A program made the translations under genes and the position numbers. A model generated the notes under the pieces. The model was given only the letters and a program-made list of their open reading frames with translations. It was not told the origin of the DNA and made no database searches. From IMG/VR virus record IMGVR_UViG_3300035670_000050, positions 62,001 through 120,163 of that record: a stretch of 58,163 nt of DNA; one strand, given 5' to 3'. The stretch is from an uncultured virus (IMG/VR IMGVR_UViG_3300035670_000050) (Duplodnaviria; Heunggongvirae; Uroviricota; Caudoviricetes). Shown one piece after another: positions 57,713-58,163 of this stretch (its first letter is position 1; every line of letters starts with the position of its first letter).

Positions 57713-58163
57713 ATGACAAATCTAGAACACTTGTTGTTCACAGAGAAGTATCGTCCAAAAACAATTCAGGACTGTATTCTACCAGAAAGGTTGAAGAAAC
57801 CATTTCAAGAGTACGTCAATCAGAAGAGCATACCAAATCTTCTTCTGGCTGGCGGACCAGGAATTGGAAAAACGACAGTTGCGAAAGCAATGTGCAACGA
57901 AATCGGTTGCGACTTTCTAGTAATCAATGGTTCTGATGAGAGTGGCATTGATACATTTAGAACGAAGATTAAAAACTATGCATCGTCAATGAGTCTTTCT
58001 GGTGGCCGCAAGGTCATCATCATTGACGAGGCAGATTATCTTAATCCAAATTCTACTCAACCTGCTTTGCGTAATGCAATCGAAGAGTTCTCAGGTAACT
58101 GTTCTTTTATCTTTACCTGTAATTACAAGAATCGTATCATAGAACCATTACATTCTCGTTGTG
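57713..58163 (+). CDS. gp44: Clamp loader subunit gp44 (3' truncated by window; not in ORF track)
   Basis: MTNLEHLLFTEKYRPKTIQDCILP..., Walker A 'GGPGIGKTT', 'INGSDE.GID..R', 'IIDEAD', 'PLHSRC'. Confidence 0.95.
   Translation, partial: MTNLEHLLFTEKYRPKTIQDCILPERLKKPFQEYVNQKSIPNLLLAGGPGIGKTTVAKAMCNEIGCDFLVINGSDESGIDTFRTKIKNYASSMSLSGGRKVIIIDEADYLNPNSTQPALRNAIEEFSGNCSFIFTCNYKNRIIEPLHSRC

Noticed and set aside
57685..57936. 83-aa ORF from the track
   Set aside because: Out-of-frame shadow; the real gene is gp44 starting at 57713.
1..58163. tRNA or rRNA genes
   Set aside because: Intergenic gaps are short and I recognised no cloverleaf or T-loop patterns; a tRNAscan run would confirm.

Overview
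58 kb segment of an AT-rich T4-like (cyanophage/pelagiphage-type synteny) myovirus genome, almost entirely + strand. 1-22.6 kb is a large accessory virion-appendage locus: a DUF4815-type structural protein, modular fibre/adaptor proteins, a beta-helix tailspike-like protein, a Gly-X-Ser collagen-like fibre, a delta-60 propeller, four six-bladed Kelch-like propellers with DNA-homogenised scaffolds and hypervariable aromatic loops, and a glycosyltransferase/nucleotidyltransferase pair. 22.7-40.5 kb is the core morphogenesis operon (gp13-gp23, gp3) with TATAAATA late promoters. 40.5-58.2 kb is recombination/replication/early genes (uvsY, uvsW, gp55, gp47/46, def, a 2OG-hydroxylase-GNAT-methyltransferase trio, a CobT/CobS-like pair, gp45, partial gp44) with sigma70-type promoters. 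Two free-standing homing endonucleases are present. The most notable items are the antibody-like Kelch repertoire with its docking-peptide grammar, an unannotated antisense 37-aa peptide, convergent promoters just upstream of gp55, a 5'-UTR pseudoknot and a repeated operator palindrome. All calls come from motif recognition by eye; no database searches were run.
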